A stretch of 64,000 nt of DNA, taken from the NCBI GenBank assembly GCA_026003335.1, contig BPHB01000001.1:320591-384590 (forward strand), written 5' to 3'. Position 1 is the first letter of the stretch. Each line of letters begins with the position of its first letter. The notes under the pieces are model-generated. The model ran no database searches. It was not told where the DNA came from and worked only from the letters and a program-made list of their open reading frames with translations. This document shows positions 9,265 to 20,000 of the stretch, in pieces. Made by a program: the position numbers and the translations under genes. This stretch comes from Chitinophagales bacterium. GTDB taxonomy: Bacteria > Bacteroidota > Bacteroidia > Chitinophagales > CAIOSU01.

Positions 9265-12200
9265 ATGCTTTGGCTGATGGTCACAAGAAAAATTGCCTCG
9301 CCCCTGTTGCAGCCAGAGACGAAAGTGCAACCATTGTGGATAAGCAAGGAGCTAATAACACACATCCTCTTTCTCTTTTTGCTGCTGGGTTTATGCTTAA
9401 TACCATTCTGTCTGAATGCCCAGCCGCTCAACCGCGTGGAATATTTTTGGGATACGGATCCGGGTTTTGGCAATGGCTTCCCGTTAAGTGTAGCCAGTGT
9501 AGACAGCGTAAATGGGATCTTCACCATTCCTACCGTTGGCCTACCACCGGGCATCCATACCCTTTATGTACGCTCGCGTGACAGCAGCGGAGCATGGAGC
9601 GTCTTCAGTAAAAGAATGGTGCATATCATGCTGCCTGACCCTGTGGGCATTACCGCAGCAGAATACTTTATTGACACCGACCCTGGTTATGGCAATGCTA
9701 ATCCCATCTCCATTCCCTCTATCCCTGCCGACAGTGTTCAGGTGGTATCCACTGTACCCACTACCTCACTTGCTCCCGGATTGCACACTTTGTATGTACG
9801 TACTCGGGATGCGCTGGGCAACTGGAGTATATTCAGCAAAAGAATGATTCATATAGATGTGCCTCCTCCTCCCCCTGTAGTGGCTGCTGAATATTTTATT
9901 GATACCGACCCCGGTTTCGGCAATGGCATACCTTTAACCATTACACCGGGTGACTCCATCGTACTCACTCCTGGTTCTATTCCAACCGGTACACTTTCGC
10001 CCGGCCTACATACGGTGTATTTCCGGGCAAAAGGCGCAGACGGCCAATGGAGTGTGTGCAGCAAAAGAATGATCCATATAGATATGCCTCCTCCTCCCCC
10101 TGTAGTGGCTGCTGAATATTTTATTGATGCCGACCCCGGTTTTGGCAACGGTATCCCCATTGCGGTTACTCCGGGAGACTCCATATCAGCTTCTTTTCAG
10201 GTACCTACCGGCAGTCTCAATTCCGGTTTGCACATGATTTACGTCCGCACAAAAGACAGCAACGGCAAGTGGAGCGTGTTCAGCAAAAAACTCCTCTACA
10301 TTGACAACCCCGGGAATGACACCATCGTTGCAGCAGAGTATTTTGTGGATATCGACCCGGGATTCGGCAACGGAACCCCCATTGTGATGACTCCCGGAGA
10401 CTCTATTGATGTGAATTTCTCGGTGCCCACGAGCAGCCTGTTGATTGGTCCTCATCATGTATATGTGCGTGTGAAAGACTCTCAGGGTCGCTGGAGTGTA
10501 TTTTCCCGTGATTCTTTTTATGTGGATAATTTCAACTGCGCCATTTATGGCAAAGGTGCGATACAGATCAGCGGTGATACCTGTGCGGGATCGCGAATCA
10601 CGCTGAAAGATCTGACGGCATCCAACAGCATGGTAAATTCAAACGACTATACCAGGGAGTGGGATATTTTCCACGATTCGGTAATTGACTTTACCCCGGA
10701 TTCTATAGTGAATTACACTTTTAACCAGCCCGGCACTTATACTATCTGGCTGAAGGTTTACCAAACATCTAACCCGGTGTGTCAGGAAATCATCACGCAA
10801 ACGATAACCATCAGGCGTGTGGATACAACCTACCGGAACATAAGCATTTGCAGCGGGGACAGCGTATTTGCCGGAGGAGCCTGGCAAAAATCTTCCGGCA
10901 CCTATTCCGACCTGTTTACCAACGTTTACGGTTGCGATAGTTCGGTAATCACCAATCTCACGGTCATACCCGGGGTTACACCCTCTGTAACTCTTTCAGC
11001 CTCGCAAACATCATTCTGCTCAGGCACCAGCGTATTATTCAGCGCATCCCCTGTTAACGGAGGCCCTCTGCCTTTTTACCGATGGTACGTGAATGGTAAT
11101 CTCGTATTTCAGGGTGCCGGCATAGGTTATCAAACCTACGGCACCTCATCCCTGCTGGATAACGACATTGTAACGGTGGAAATGACTTCCGGTGCAACCT
11201 GTCCTACTATCAATCCGGTAGTGAGCAATGCTATTCAGGTCAGTGTTACACCCAGCGTGGCAGCCTCCGTCACCATTGATGTAGATACCAACAACTTTTG
11301 CTACGGCACTCAGGCCACCTTCAGTGTAGTCAATGTAGTGAATGGAGGCAGCAATCCACAATTCACCTGGTACAGAAATAACACGGTCGTGCAAACCGGA
11401 GGCACTTCCTATGTCAGCGCTAACCTGTCAAACGGAGAATTTATCCGTTGCACCATGACCTCCGATGCCACCTGCGTGAACAATAATCCGGTAAACAGCA
11501 ACACCATCACCATGACGGTGTATCCGGTAGGGACACCTTCGGTAGCAATACAAGCCAGCACCAACAATGTGTGTTATGGTACTTCCATCACCTTTTATGC
11601 GGTTGAGCTGTATGCGGGAAACAATCCCACCTATCAATGGTATCTCAATGACAGTCTGGTACAATCCGGTCCGGATGATACTTATACCAACGACTCACTG
11701 AACGATGGAGACCAGGTCATGTGTGTGCTCACCTCCGACTACCCCTGCCGGCTGGCTGATTACGATACGAGCAACACCGTCACCATGAGCATTATTTACA
11801 ACCTGCCTGTCAGCGCTTCCATTACTGCAAGCTCCAATAACATTTGCAGGGGCAGCAATGTGACCTTTGCTGCCTCCGTAACCAATGGAGGTTCTCCCCT
11901 CTATCAGTGGTATGTCAATAATGTAATAGTGCAAAGCGGGTCCTTCTTCCAGTACAGCTCTTCCACGCTTTCCAATGGAGATAGTGTGTGGGTGGTGGTA
12001 ACTTCCAGCATCAGCTGCGCCACAAACAATCCGGCCGTGAGCAACAAGATTTACATGACCGTGCTGGATTATGACACGGTTTCCGTGAGCATCACGGCAA
12101 GTGCCGACACCATTTGTGAAGCTACCAATGTAATCTTTACAGCTACCGGCATAAACCCGGGAATGAATCCGGTTTACGTATGGCGCAGAAACAGCATAAC

Positions 12201-15200
12201 CGTACAAAGCGGTAGTTCACCGGTTTATAGTTCCTCCACATTCACACAAGGAGAAGTAGTCACCTGCCTGCTGTATGCCGACCATACTTGCGTAACCCCC
12301 TATCCTGCTGCTTCCAATGCTATTACCATGACTGTATTTGACACACTCATGCCCTCCGTAAGCGTAACTGCTTCGCAAACTACTGTGTGCCAGCAAACCA
12401 ATGTGGATTTTTCAGCTGTTATAAACAATGGCGGAAGCAATCCATTGATAGAATGGCTGGTAAACAACAATATCGTGCAAACCGGCGGTCTAACCTTCAG
12501 CTCATCGGCTTTACAAAATTTGGATCAGGTACGGGTGCGACTTACATCTGACTACGTTTGTCCGATGCAAAATCCGGTGACGAGTGCCCCGATAACAATG
12601 ACCGTTCTGGACAGCATCACTCCGGCCGTATTCATCTATCACGGGCCTAATCCGGCTTGCCCGGGCAACCTGATTTCGGTGTTTACCAGTACCATAACCG
12701 GTGGACCTTCCCCACTCTTTGAATTCCGGGTGAATGGCATGATCGTGCAAAGCGGCACACAAAATCAATATACCAGCAACAGTTTCAATAACGGAGATGT
12801 GGTACAGGTCACTATGACCTCCAATGCCAGTTGCCTGCGCACACCAACGGCCGTAAGCAACACGGATACTATCATTATTCAGCAGAGTGCACCCGCGCAG
12901 GTGTCCATACAAATGACACGTATGCCGCAATGCACAGGGGATACGATAGAATTTGAAGCCTATCCAATCAACGGGGGCTCCAATCCGGTGTTTACATGGA
13001 AAGTAAATAACACCATTGTGCAGACGGGTTTTGATAACCAGTTCAGTAGTGCGAGTCTGCAAACTGGTGATGTGGTGAGCTGTCAGATGCTCTCCAGCCT
13101 GTCCTGTGCCACAAATAACCCGGCACAATCTAATTCCATCAGCGTGCAGATTCCTTCCACGGTTACCCCTTCGGTCAATATCACCGTCTCCAGTGATACC
13201 ATCTGCCAGGGAACGCTGGTAATCTTCACCGCATCTTATACCAACGGGGGCAGCAACCCATCTTTTACATGGCGCGTAAACGGCAATGTTGTTCAGAGCG
13301 GAGCAGGAAACCAGTATGCTTCCGCTTCTCTCACGCAGAATGATCAGGTACAGGTAGAAATGACAAGCAGCCTTACTTGTGCCGCTCCTGCCACTGTGCT
13401 CTCCAATATCATCACCATGACAGTGGTATCTTCCGTCACACCCTCGGTAACAATTACTGCCAGTGAGACCAACATCTGTACGGGTACTCCGGTTACTTTT
13501 ACAGCATCACCTGTCAACGGAGGCTTCTCACCCTCTTATCAGTGGCTCATCAATGGCAACCCTGCGGGCACTAACAGCCATCAGCTCACCACAGCCTCAC
13601 TCAATAACGGAGACCAGGTGTATGTGCGGATGACCAGCAGCCTGGGCTGTGCTTCTCCCGCCACCGTATCTTCCAACACCATCATTATGACGGTTTCTCC
13701 TGCCCAACCGGCTTCGGTAAGTATCACGGCAAGTGCCACAAACATTTGTGCCGGACAGCAGGTGATCTTCACGGCATTCCCGTCTAACGGTGGCGCCTCC
13801 CCGTTTTATCAGTGGAAAGTAAACGGCATCAACGCGGGTACTAACAACTTTGAATTTATCACTTCCACCTTAAACAATGGTGATTCGGTAAGCGTGGTGA
13901 TGACGAGCAGTTCTGTGTGTGCTTCTCCGAAAACAGCAATCTCCAATGTGTTGGTAATACAGGTAAATCCTGTGGTATCCCCATCGGTAACTATCAATGC
14001 AAGCAAAACCAGCATTTGCGCGGGTGAAACTGTTTTCTTTACGGCTACCGCAGTAAATGGCGGACCTTCTCCTGCTTACCAATGGAAGATTAATGGAGTA
14101 AATGTAGGTGCCAATGCCCCTGACTTCAGCACTGCGGCACTGAGCAACAATGATCTGGTACAGGTTGTATTAACCAGCAATGCACCCTGCGCACAACCAT
14201 CTGTTGTCACTTCCAACTCCATCCCAATAACCGTATCCCCTTTCTCCACTACCTCACGACAAGTTATTATTTGCAGTGGCGACAGTATTTATGCGGGAGG
14301 AGCATGGCAGACTGCCAGCGGTATTTACCGCGACACTTTTAATACGCCAACAGGCTGCGACAGTATTGTCATCACGAGTCTAACGGTAGTGCAGGAAAAG
14401 ACAACAGCCAGAATGATAGCTATCTGCATTGGCGACAGTTTCTTTGTGGGAGGCAACTGGCAAACGGTTTCAGGCATTTACTATGACACCCTCGTTGCCG
14501 CAGGTGGTTGCGATAGTATTGTGATTACAGAACTTAATGTATCGCAGACTATCACCACAAGCAGTCAGGTAAACATCTGCGCGGGTGACAGCGTGTATGC
14601 TGGCGGAGCATGGCAAACCACTCCGGGTGTGTATGCCGATACCTTCCCGCTTGCAGGCGGTTGTGACAGCATTCATGTTACCGTGTTGTATGTTACTCCG
14701 GCACCGGTGATCACCCGTATCCTGAGCATATGCCAGGGTGACAGCGTGTTTGTGGGCGGTGCATATCAAACCACAGCAGGCACTTACCGGGACACCTTCA
14801 CAGTGCTGGGGTGCGACAGTATAGTGATAACTACATTGCGTGTATTACCCGGTTACACATCCTCACGGCAGATCACTATCTGCGTCCGCGATAGTTTTTA
14901 TGCCGGAGGTAGCTGGCAAAATACTGCCGGTACCTACTATGATACCCTCACAGCCAACAATGGATGTGACAGTATTATAACCACCTACCTCTCAGTAGTA
15001 GCGAATTTCTTCACCTCCATTGCACCAGCCATTTGCATCGGGGATAGTTTTTATGCCGGAGGCGCTTATCAGCAAACCTCAGGCATTTACTATGATACCT
15101 TGACTTCTTCTGCCGGGTGTGACAGTGTCATAGAAACCAACCTGTCGGTGGTCTCCTACTTTTTCGTTTCCGTCACCGAGAACATTTGTGATGGGGAATT

Positions 15201-16953
15201 TTTCTATGCAGGTGGAGCTAATCAAACCACCTCGGGAATTTATTATGATACGCTAATGGCAACAGGCGGCTGCGACAGCATTGTGGAAACGCACTTGTTC
15301 GTGCATCCGCGGCCTGTGGTCAGCTTCAGTGGTTTGGCCCTCAACTATTGTAGTGCGGACGCTCCGGATACCCTCACGGGCAGTCCGCCAGGAGGTGTCT
15401 TCACGGGTCCGGGCATATCCGGAAATATCTTTAATCCTGGCATCGTTCCGATCGGAGTGCCTTATACGATCACTTACACCTTTACCGACTCTCTAGGCTG
15501 CAGTAACGCATTCAGCCGCCAGGTAACCGTAGCCCTGAGTCCTACAGCTACTTTCAGCGGACTGGATGTAGAATACTGCCTGAATGATCCGGCTGTGACC
15601 ATGACCCCAAGTTCTCCTGCAGGGGTGTTTACCGGACCGGGGGTTAGCCGCAATACCTTTGTTCCGTATTTTGCTGGGCCGGGTATTCATCATATTATCT
15701 TCACCGTCCCTGCCCAAAATGGATGCGATGCCACGAGCTCACAGACGGTGACAGTTCATCCGTTGCCGGTAGTAGCAATTCATAATCTGAGTTATGCCTA
15801 TTGCTCTAATGACCCGGTGGTACAGGTGTCCACTACTCCGGCTTCAGGAGGCCTTCTGGAGGGACCTGGCATCACCGGTTATCAGTTTAATCCGGAAGCG
15901 ACCGGCTCTGATGGTTATACAGTGGTTACATTCACCTATACGGATTCCAATCAATGTACAAACCGGGTTTACCATCCTGTGTATATCTTCCCGGTAAAGC
16001 CTGGTGCTTTTGCTGAAATGCAAACAGAATTTTGTGAAGATGAACCTGCCGTGATACTGACGGCCTTTCCGCTTGGCGGAGTATTCAGCGGGCCCGGAAT
16101 AAGCGGCAACATATTCAGGCCTGATTTGGCCGGTGCCGGGCAGCATCAGATTGTTTACACGGTGCACGATAATAATCAGTGCCAGATCACACTCTTCAAG
16201 ACTATAACTGTTTACAAGCTCCCGACCGTTGCGATATTGAATCTGGATGCAACCTATTGTCTGAATGATCCTCTGGTGGTTCTGGAAGCAATGCCTGCAG
16301 GAGGTATATTCAGCGGTCCGGGTATTGACCGCATTGCCTTCAATCCTGCTCTTGCGCCTGCCGATAGTGTGTTGACCATTCAATATCAGTATACGGATAT
16401 ACAGGGGTGCACGAATAGGACTACACAGCAGGTGACCGTTTTCAGTGTCCCTGTAATACAGATCACTGGCCTAAGCAACTACTATACGCTGAGCGATGAA
16501 CCGGTAAGCCTCACAGGTAATCCGTCCGGTGGTGTCTTCACAGGGCCGGGTGTTAACGGAAACATGTTTACTCCACAACAGGCAGGGGTAGGCGAGCATA
16601 CGATTATATATCACTATACTGCACCCAATGGATGTGATGAAAAAGTCAAGTTTGTTATTCATGTGGGACTAACCGGTTTGTCTTTTTTACCTGGTAAGGG
16701 AATAAACATATATCCCAACCCCTTCCACAGTGTGCTGCATATTGAAGTTGCACTTGACAAGCGTGCGGAATGGACAATTACTCTCAGAAACATTACCGGC
16801 AGCCGGCTGTTGCAAAAGGCATTCTCGCTGCCTGAGGGGGAAAGCCGCATTTCCATTCAGCCCAGTCAGCTACCCAGCGGAGTATATTTCCTTGAATTGC
16901 GAGATGAAGAGGGAAGAACGTATCAGCAGAAAGTGGCAAAGATTGACCACTAA
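9265..16953 (+). CDS. giant (2562 aa) modular cell-surface protein with T9SS C-terminal sorting domain
   Basis: Single uninterrupted ORF with N-terminal hydrophobic signal 'ILFLFLLLGLCLIPFCLNAQP', four tandem repeat classes (listed separately), and a C-terminal ~85 aa 'INIYPNPFHSVLHIEV...GVYFLELRDEEGRTYQQKVAKIDH' typical of a T9SS CTD. Confidence 0.85.
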   Translation: MLWLMVTRKIASPLLQPETKVQPLWISKELITHILFLFLLLGLCLIPFCLNAQPLNRVEYFWDTDPGFGNGFPLSVASVDSVNGIFTIPTVGLPPGIHTLYVRSRDSSGAWSVFSKRMVHIMLPDPVGITAAEYFIDTDPGYGNANPISIPSIPADSVQVVSTVPTTSLAPGLHTLYVRTRDALGNWSIFSKRMIHIDVPPPPPVVAAEYFIDTDPGFGNGIPLTITPGDSIVLTPGSIPTGTLSPGLHTVYFRAKGADGQWSVCSKRMIHIDMPPPPPVVAAEYFIDADPGFGNGIPIAVTPGDSISASFQVPTGSLNSGLHMIYVRTKDSNGKWSVFSKKLLYIDNPGNDTIVAAEYFVDIDPGFGNGTPIVMTPGDSIDVNFSVPTSSLLIGPHHVYVRVKDSQGRWSVFSRDSFYVDNFNCAIYGKGAIQISGDTCAGSRITLKDLTASNSMVNSNDYTREWDIFHDSVIDFTPDSIVNYTFNQPGTYTIWLKVYQTSNPVCQEIITQTITIRRVDTTYRNISICSGDSVFAGGAWQKSSGTYSDLFTNVYGCDSSVITNLTVIPGVTPSVTLSASQTSFCSGTSVLFSASPVNGGPLPFYRWYVNGNLVFQGAGIGYQTYGTSSLLDNDIVTVEMTSGATCPTINPVVSNAIQVSVTPSVAASVTIDVDTNNFCYGTQATFSVVNVVNGGSNPQFTWYRNNTVVQTGGTSYVSANLSNGEFIRCTMTSDATCVNNNPVNSNTITMTVYPVGTPSVAIQASTNNVCYGTSITFYAVELYAGNNPTYQWYLNDSLVQSGPDDTYTNDSLNDGDQVMCVLTSDYPCRLADYDTSNTVTMSIIYNLPVSASITASSNNICRGSNVTFAASVTNGGSPLYQWYVNNVIVQSGSFFQYSSSTLSNGDSVWVVVTSSISCATNNPAVSNKIYMTVLDYDTVSVSITASADTICEATNVIFTATGINPGMNPVYVWRRNSITVQSGSSPVYSSSTFTQGEVVTCLLYADHTCVTPYPAASNAITMTVFDTLMPSVSVTASQTTVCQQTNVDFSAVINNGGSNPLIEWLVNNNIVQTGGLTFSSSALQNLDQVRVRLTSDYVCPMQNPVTSAPITMTVLDSITPAVFIYHGPNPACPGNLISVFTSTITGGPSPLFEFRVNGMIVQSGTQNQYTSNSFNNGDVVQVTMTSNASCLRTPTAVSNTDTIIIQQSAPAQVSIQMTRMPQCTGDTIEFEAYPINGGSNPVFTWKVNNTIVQTGFDNQFSSASLQTGDVVSCQMLSSLSCATNNPAQSNSISVQIPSTVTPSVNITVSSDTICQGTLVIFTASYTNGGSNPSFTWRVNGNVVQSGAGNQYASASLTQNDQVQVEMTSSLTCAAPATVLSNIITMTVVSSVTPSVTITASETNICTGTPVTFTASPVNGGFSPSYQWLINGNPAGTNSHQLTTASLNNGDQVYVRMTSSLGCASPATVSSNTIIMTVSPAQPASVSITASATNICAGQQVIFTAFPSNGGASPFYQWKVNGINAGTNNFEFITSTLNNGDSVSVVMTSSSVCASPKTAISNVLVIQVNPVVSPSVTINASKTSICAGETVFFTATAVNGGPSPAYQWKINGVNVGANAPDFSTAALSNNDLVQVVLTSNAPCAQPSVVTSNSIPITVSPFSTTSRQVIICSGDSIYAGGAWQTASGIYRDTFNTPTGCDSIVITSLTVVQEKTTARMIAICIGDSFFVGGNWQTVSGIYYDTLVAAGGCDSIVITELNVSQTITTSSQVNICAGDSVYAGGAWQTTPGVYADTFPLAGGCDSIHVTVLYVTPAPVITRILSICQGDSVFVGGAYQTTAGTYRDTFTVLGCDSIVITTLRVLPGYTSSRQITICVRDSFYAGGSWQNTAGTYYDTLTANNGCDSIITTYLSVVANFFTSIAPAICIGDSFYAGGAYQQTSGIYYDTLTSSAGCDSVIETNLSVVSYFFVSVTENICDGEFFYAGGANQTTSGIYYDTLMATGGCDSIVETHLFVHPRPVVSFSGLALNYCSADAPDTLTGSPPGGVFTGPGISGNIFNPGIVPIGVPYTITYTFTDSLGCSNAFSRQVTVALSPTATFSGLDVEYCLNDPAVTMTPSSPAGVFTGPGVSRNTFVPYFAGPGIHHIIFTVPAQNGCDATSSQTVTVHPLPVVAIHNLSYAYCSNDPVVQVSTTPASGGLLEGPGITGYQFNPEATGSDGYTVVTFTYTDSNQCTNRVYHPVYIFPVKPGAFAEMQTEFCEDEPAVILTAFPLGGVFSGPGISGNIFRPDLAGAGQHQIVYTVHDNNQCQITLFKTITVYKLPTVAILNLDATYCLNDPLVVLEAMPAGGIFSGPGIDRIAFNPALAPADSVLTIQYQYTDIQGCTNRTTQQVTVFSVPVIQITGLSNYYTLSDEPVSLTGNPSGGVFTGPGVNGNMFTPQQAGVGEHTIIYHYTAPNGCDEKVKFVIHVGLTGLSFLPGKGINIYPNPFHSVLHIEVALDKRAEWTITLRNITGSRLLQKAFSLPEGESRISIQPSQLPSGVYFLELRDEEGRTYQQKVAKIDH
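9436..10530 (+). repeat. 5 tandem ~75-aa coding repeats ('AAEYF(I/V)DTDPGFGNG ... GLHT(L/V)YVR.(R/K)D..G.WS.FSKRM.HID')
   Basis: Read directly from the translated ORF. Units 3 and 4 are joined by PPPPP linkers. Confidence 0.9.
10975..14238 (+). repeat. 12 tandem ~90-aa Ig-like coding repeats ('PSVTI.AS.T.IC.G..V.FTA...NGG..P.YQW.VNG..VQ.G......S..L.NGD.V.V.MTS...C....V.SN.I.M.V')
   Basis: Twelve units counted in the translation; 3264 nt / 12 = 272 nt period. Confidence 0.9.
14257..15310 (+). repeat. 7 tandem ~51-aa Cys-containing coding repeats ('IC.GDS.YAGG.WQT.SGIYYDTL....GCDSIV.T.L.V'); one orphan copy at ~10841-10970
   Basis: Counted in the translation. Confidence 0.9.
15324..16665 (+). 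repeat. 6 tandem ~75-aa coding repeats ('F.GL...YC.ND..V.L...P.GG.F.GPGI.GN.F.P..AG.G.H.I.Y.....GC......VTV')
   Basis: Counted in the translation. Confidence 0.85.
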
Positions 16954-17066
16954 AGTAAACTTTCTACGTAGGTCATTTCATTTATCATCCCTCGCACTGA
17001 AACTCAGGTTTACTAAACTATGCTCTATAAAATGCAACGTATAACTGATTATTTTAGTCATTAGGT

Positions 17067-20000
17067 ATGGTATTTATTGTTTTTGTTTTAAGCAAAATAT
17101 GCATTTGTCTTATGAGATACATTTACTTGCAATGGGTATTTTTCATCGTCCTGCCGATATATGTTTTTCCTCAGGTATCCGGAGATACTTCGGTATGCTC
17201 AGGTGATGTGAAGACATACCACGTTCCTTACCTCAGTGGAGCCGGCTATAACTGGAGTATTACAGGCGGTACAGCTTTGAATGCTGTCAACACCGATAGC
17301 CTGGTTATTCAGTGGGGCCCGGCCGGGACAGGCACCATCATCGTAAATCAGTATAACCCATCCACGTTCCATACGCTGAATGTATCTATACACCCCAAAC
17401 CCAAGCCATCCATAAGCCATGCACCCTATCCCACATGCCCGCCCGAACCGAAAGGTCCTCAGGGGGGGCATCCTGACCGCGATGATGCTTGCGAAGTCGT
17501 ATGTAAAAATGCTGTAATTACCTATACTACGCCCTATCATGCAGGAAGCACCTATCAGTGGGTTGTCAGCGGAGCTTCCTCTGTAATCGGAATTAACACC
17601 AATACGGTCACGATAACCTGGGATGCTTCTCCATTGGGGAATATTATTGTTTATGAAACCAACCAATGGGGCTGCACAGACTCCTTTGAGCTGTGTATTG
17701 AAAAAGCTGACTTGCCGGTGGCAAATTTTAGCCACCAAACCAATTTGTGTAAGTTTTCTCCTGTACTGTTTACCAATCTGACGACCGGAGCTACTAGTTA
17801 TCAATGGTATTTTGGTGATGGAGATTCATCGAACCAATTCAGTCCTACTCATGCTTATGCCACAGCGGGTACATACACGGTGACACTCATAGCCACTAAT
17901 GCCTGTTATTGCCGCGACACCTTTCAAAGTGTGATTCATGTAGATTCCCTGCCTGGACCTGAAATTTCCTGCCCGTCTACGGTTTGTGCATTTGACACGG
18001 CTACCTACAGTACTGCGGCAGTGAGCGGGTGTACGTATAACTGGTTTGTTTCGGGAGGTACTATCCTCGCAGGTCAGGGAACCCCTAACGTGACCGTTGC
18101 ATGGGGAGCTGGCCAACAAGGTGTTCTGGGGCTACAGGTGAGCGGCTGCGGTAATATATGCAGTGATACCACGCTGGTGTATATACCGATTGTGCCAGTC
18201 ACAGCTTCCATAAATGGTCCGATCAAAGTATGTCCCGGAGAATGCACAACATACAATTTGCCCCAATTCAGCGGGGCCACCTATAGCTGGAGCCTCAGTG
18301 GTGCATGTGGCGTAATAAGCGACACCACATCCTGTGAAGAAGTGAAAATATGCTGGACAAGTCCACCCTATTTAGCTTGTAACGATACCCTGCAAGTAGC
18401 GTTTTACGATTCATTTTTAAACTGCGGTGGAACCGGTTCATTGATTATTCATGTAAGACCTGAATTATCCATTGTCGGAAGCAGCCAGGTATGCTCAAAC
18501 TACAACGGATACTTTGGCACTTTGGGGAATATCACCTGCAACTGGAGTATTTCTCCTGCAGGTCCCACGTTAAGTTCCGGGCCTGCGCCATCAGTAACGG
18601 TTAACTGGAATGGCCTCACGGGCACGTTCACCCTTATGGCTGTGCCGGTAAATCCCAATCAGGTTTGTACGGATACCAGTTATTACGTTGTAAAAGTGCT
18701 ACCACCTCCGCCTGCTCCGGTGATTACGGGGGATACCATCATTTGTCCTGGCAGCACGGTATCCTACTGTGCAGTGGGTTCCGGACAAATCAACTGGCTC
18801 GTTACGGGAGGAACGCCTGCTACGGTAACAGGTAACTGTATATCCGTCACATGGGGTAATTCAGGCCCTTACCAGCTAAAGGCTTTTCAACAACTGAACA
18901 CAGCACCCTATTGTACTTCAGACACTACTGTTCAGAATGTGTATGCATTTAATGCCAGCCCACCGCTGATTATGGGTTCGTCAGTAGCCTGTGCGAATAC
19001 CACAAGTAACTACACCTGTATGACGACATATCCTCCCGGAACAACATATACCTGGAGCATCACGCCCTCCAATGCCGGAGCCATACTATCCCAAAGTGGC
19101 CCCTCCACTTTAATTGAATGGGGCAACAATGCCCCTCAAACCGTAACCCTTACATTGAGTGTGGAGGTTTGCGATTCTACTTTTCAGAACTCTGTCAGCA
19201 TCAATCTTATGCCGGTACCGGCTGTTTCTGTCAACCAGCTATCCAATCTGTGCGCAGGAGGAAGCGCGCAGTTACAGGCCCTAGGTGGATCATTTACGAC
19301 ATTTAGCTGGAGCGGACCGGGAGGATACACCAGCAGCTCTAATCCAACAGTTATCTTTCAGGATGGTCTCTATCTGGTTACAGTCAGTGATGCCAATGGT
19401 TGCACGGCATCCTCACAAAAAAATGTGTTTTACGTATCCTCGCCCAATGCAAGCATCAGCAGCGCTGACCTGCTGACCTATTGCACCGGAGTACCGATTA
19501 ACACGCAGATGTGTGCTTTGGGTAATTCTAATTATCAATATCTATGGTCTAACGGTGCCACCACACAGTGTGTCACTACCAACGCACCGGGCTCTTTTAC
19601 GGTGACCGTCACCGATGCCTCTAACGGCTGTACGGCTGTTTCTAACACCCTCATAGTAACCCAGGATACCTGCAGTGGTACTGGAACGGGCTCCTGCCAA
19701 CCCAACGGCAGCATCGGTTTCACTCATACCCAGTGTAATCCCATCAGTTTCACCAATACCTCAGTAAACGGCTCTTCGTTTGTATGGAATTTTGGTGATC
19801 AAACTTCCTCTACGGCCGTCAATCCGGTACATACGTACCAACAGGCTGGTTTTTACCTGGTTTCCCTCACCGGAAGTTTTCCCAATCTTTCCGGTACCGG
19901 ATCGTGTCTGCTGGTAGATACAGCCCACATAGAAATACCTTTGGCAGCCAAGTTTGACTTTGTGAACGGATGTCATGGAGACTCTGTTTGCTTTACAGAT

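Noticed and set aside
11695-13128. Long antisense ORFs (170 and 205 aa) inside the 2562-aa repeat gene; similar ones at 9849..10458, 15844..16383, 16471..16856
   Set aside because: They are shadow frames of a repetitive coding region. The plus-strand frame is uninterrupted for 7.7 kb with coherent domain repeats, whereas the antisense products are His/Arg/Gly-rich nonsense.
9436-16665. Possibility that the regular ~225/272/153-nt periodic repeats are a CRISPR array or non-coding satellite
   Set aside because: The units are in-frame and translated as coherent protein modules within one ORF. They are diverged at the DNA level, and there is no repeat-spacer structure or nearby cas gene.
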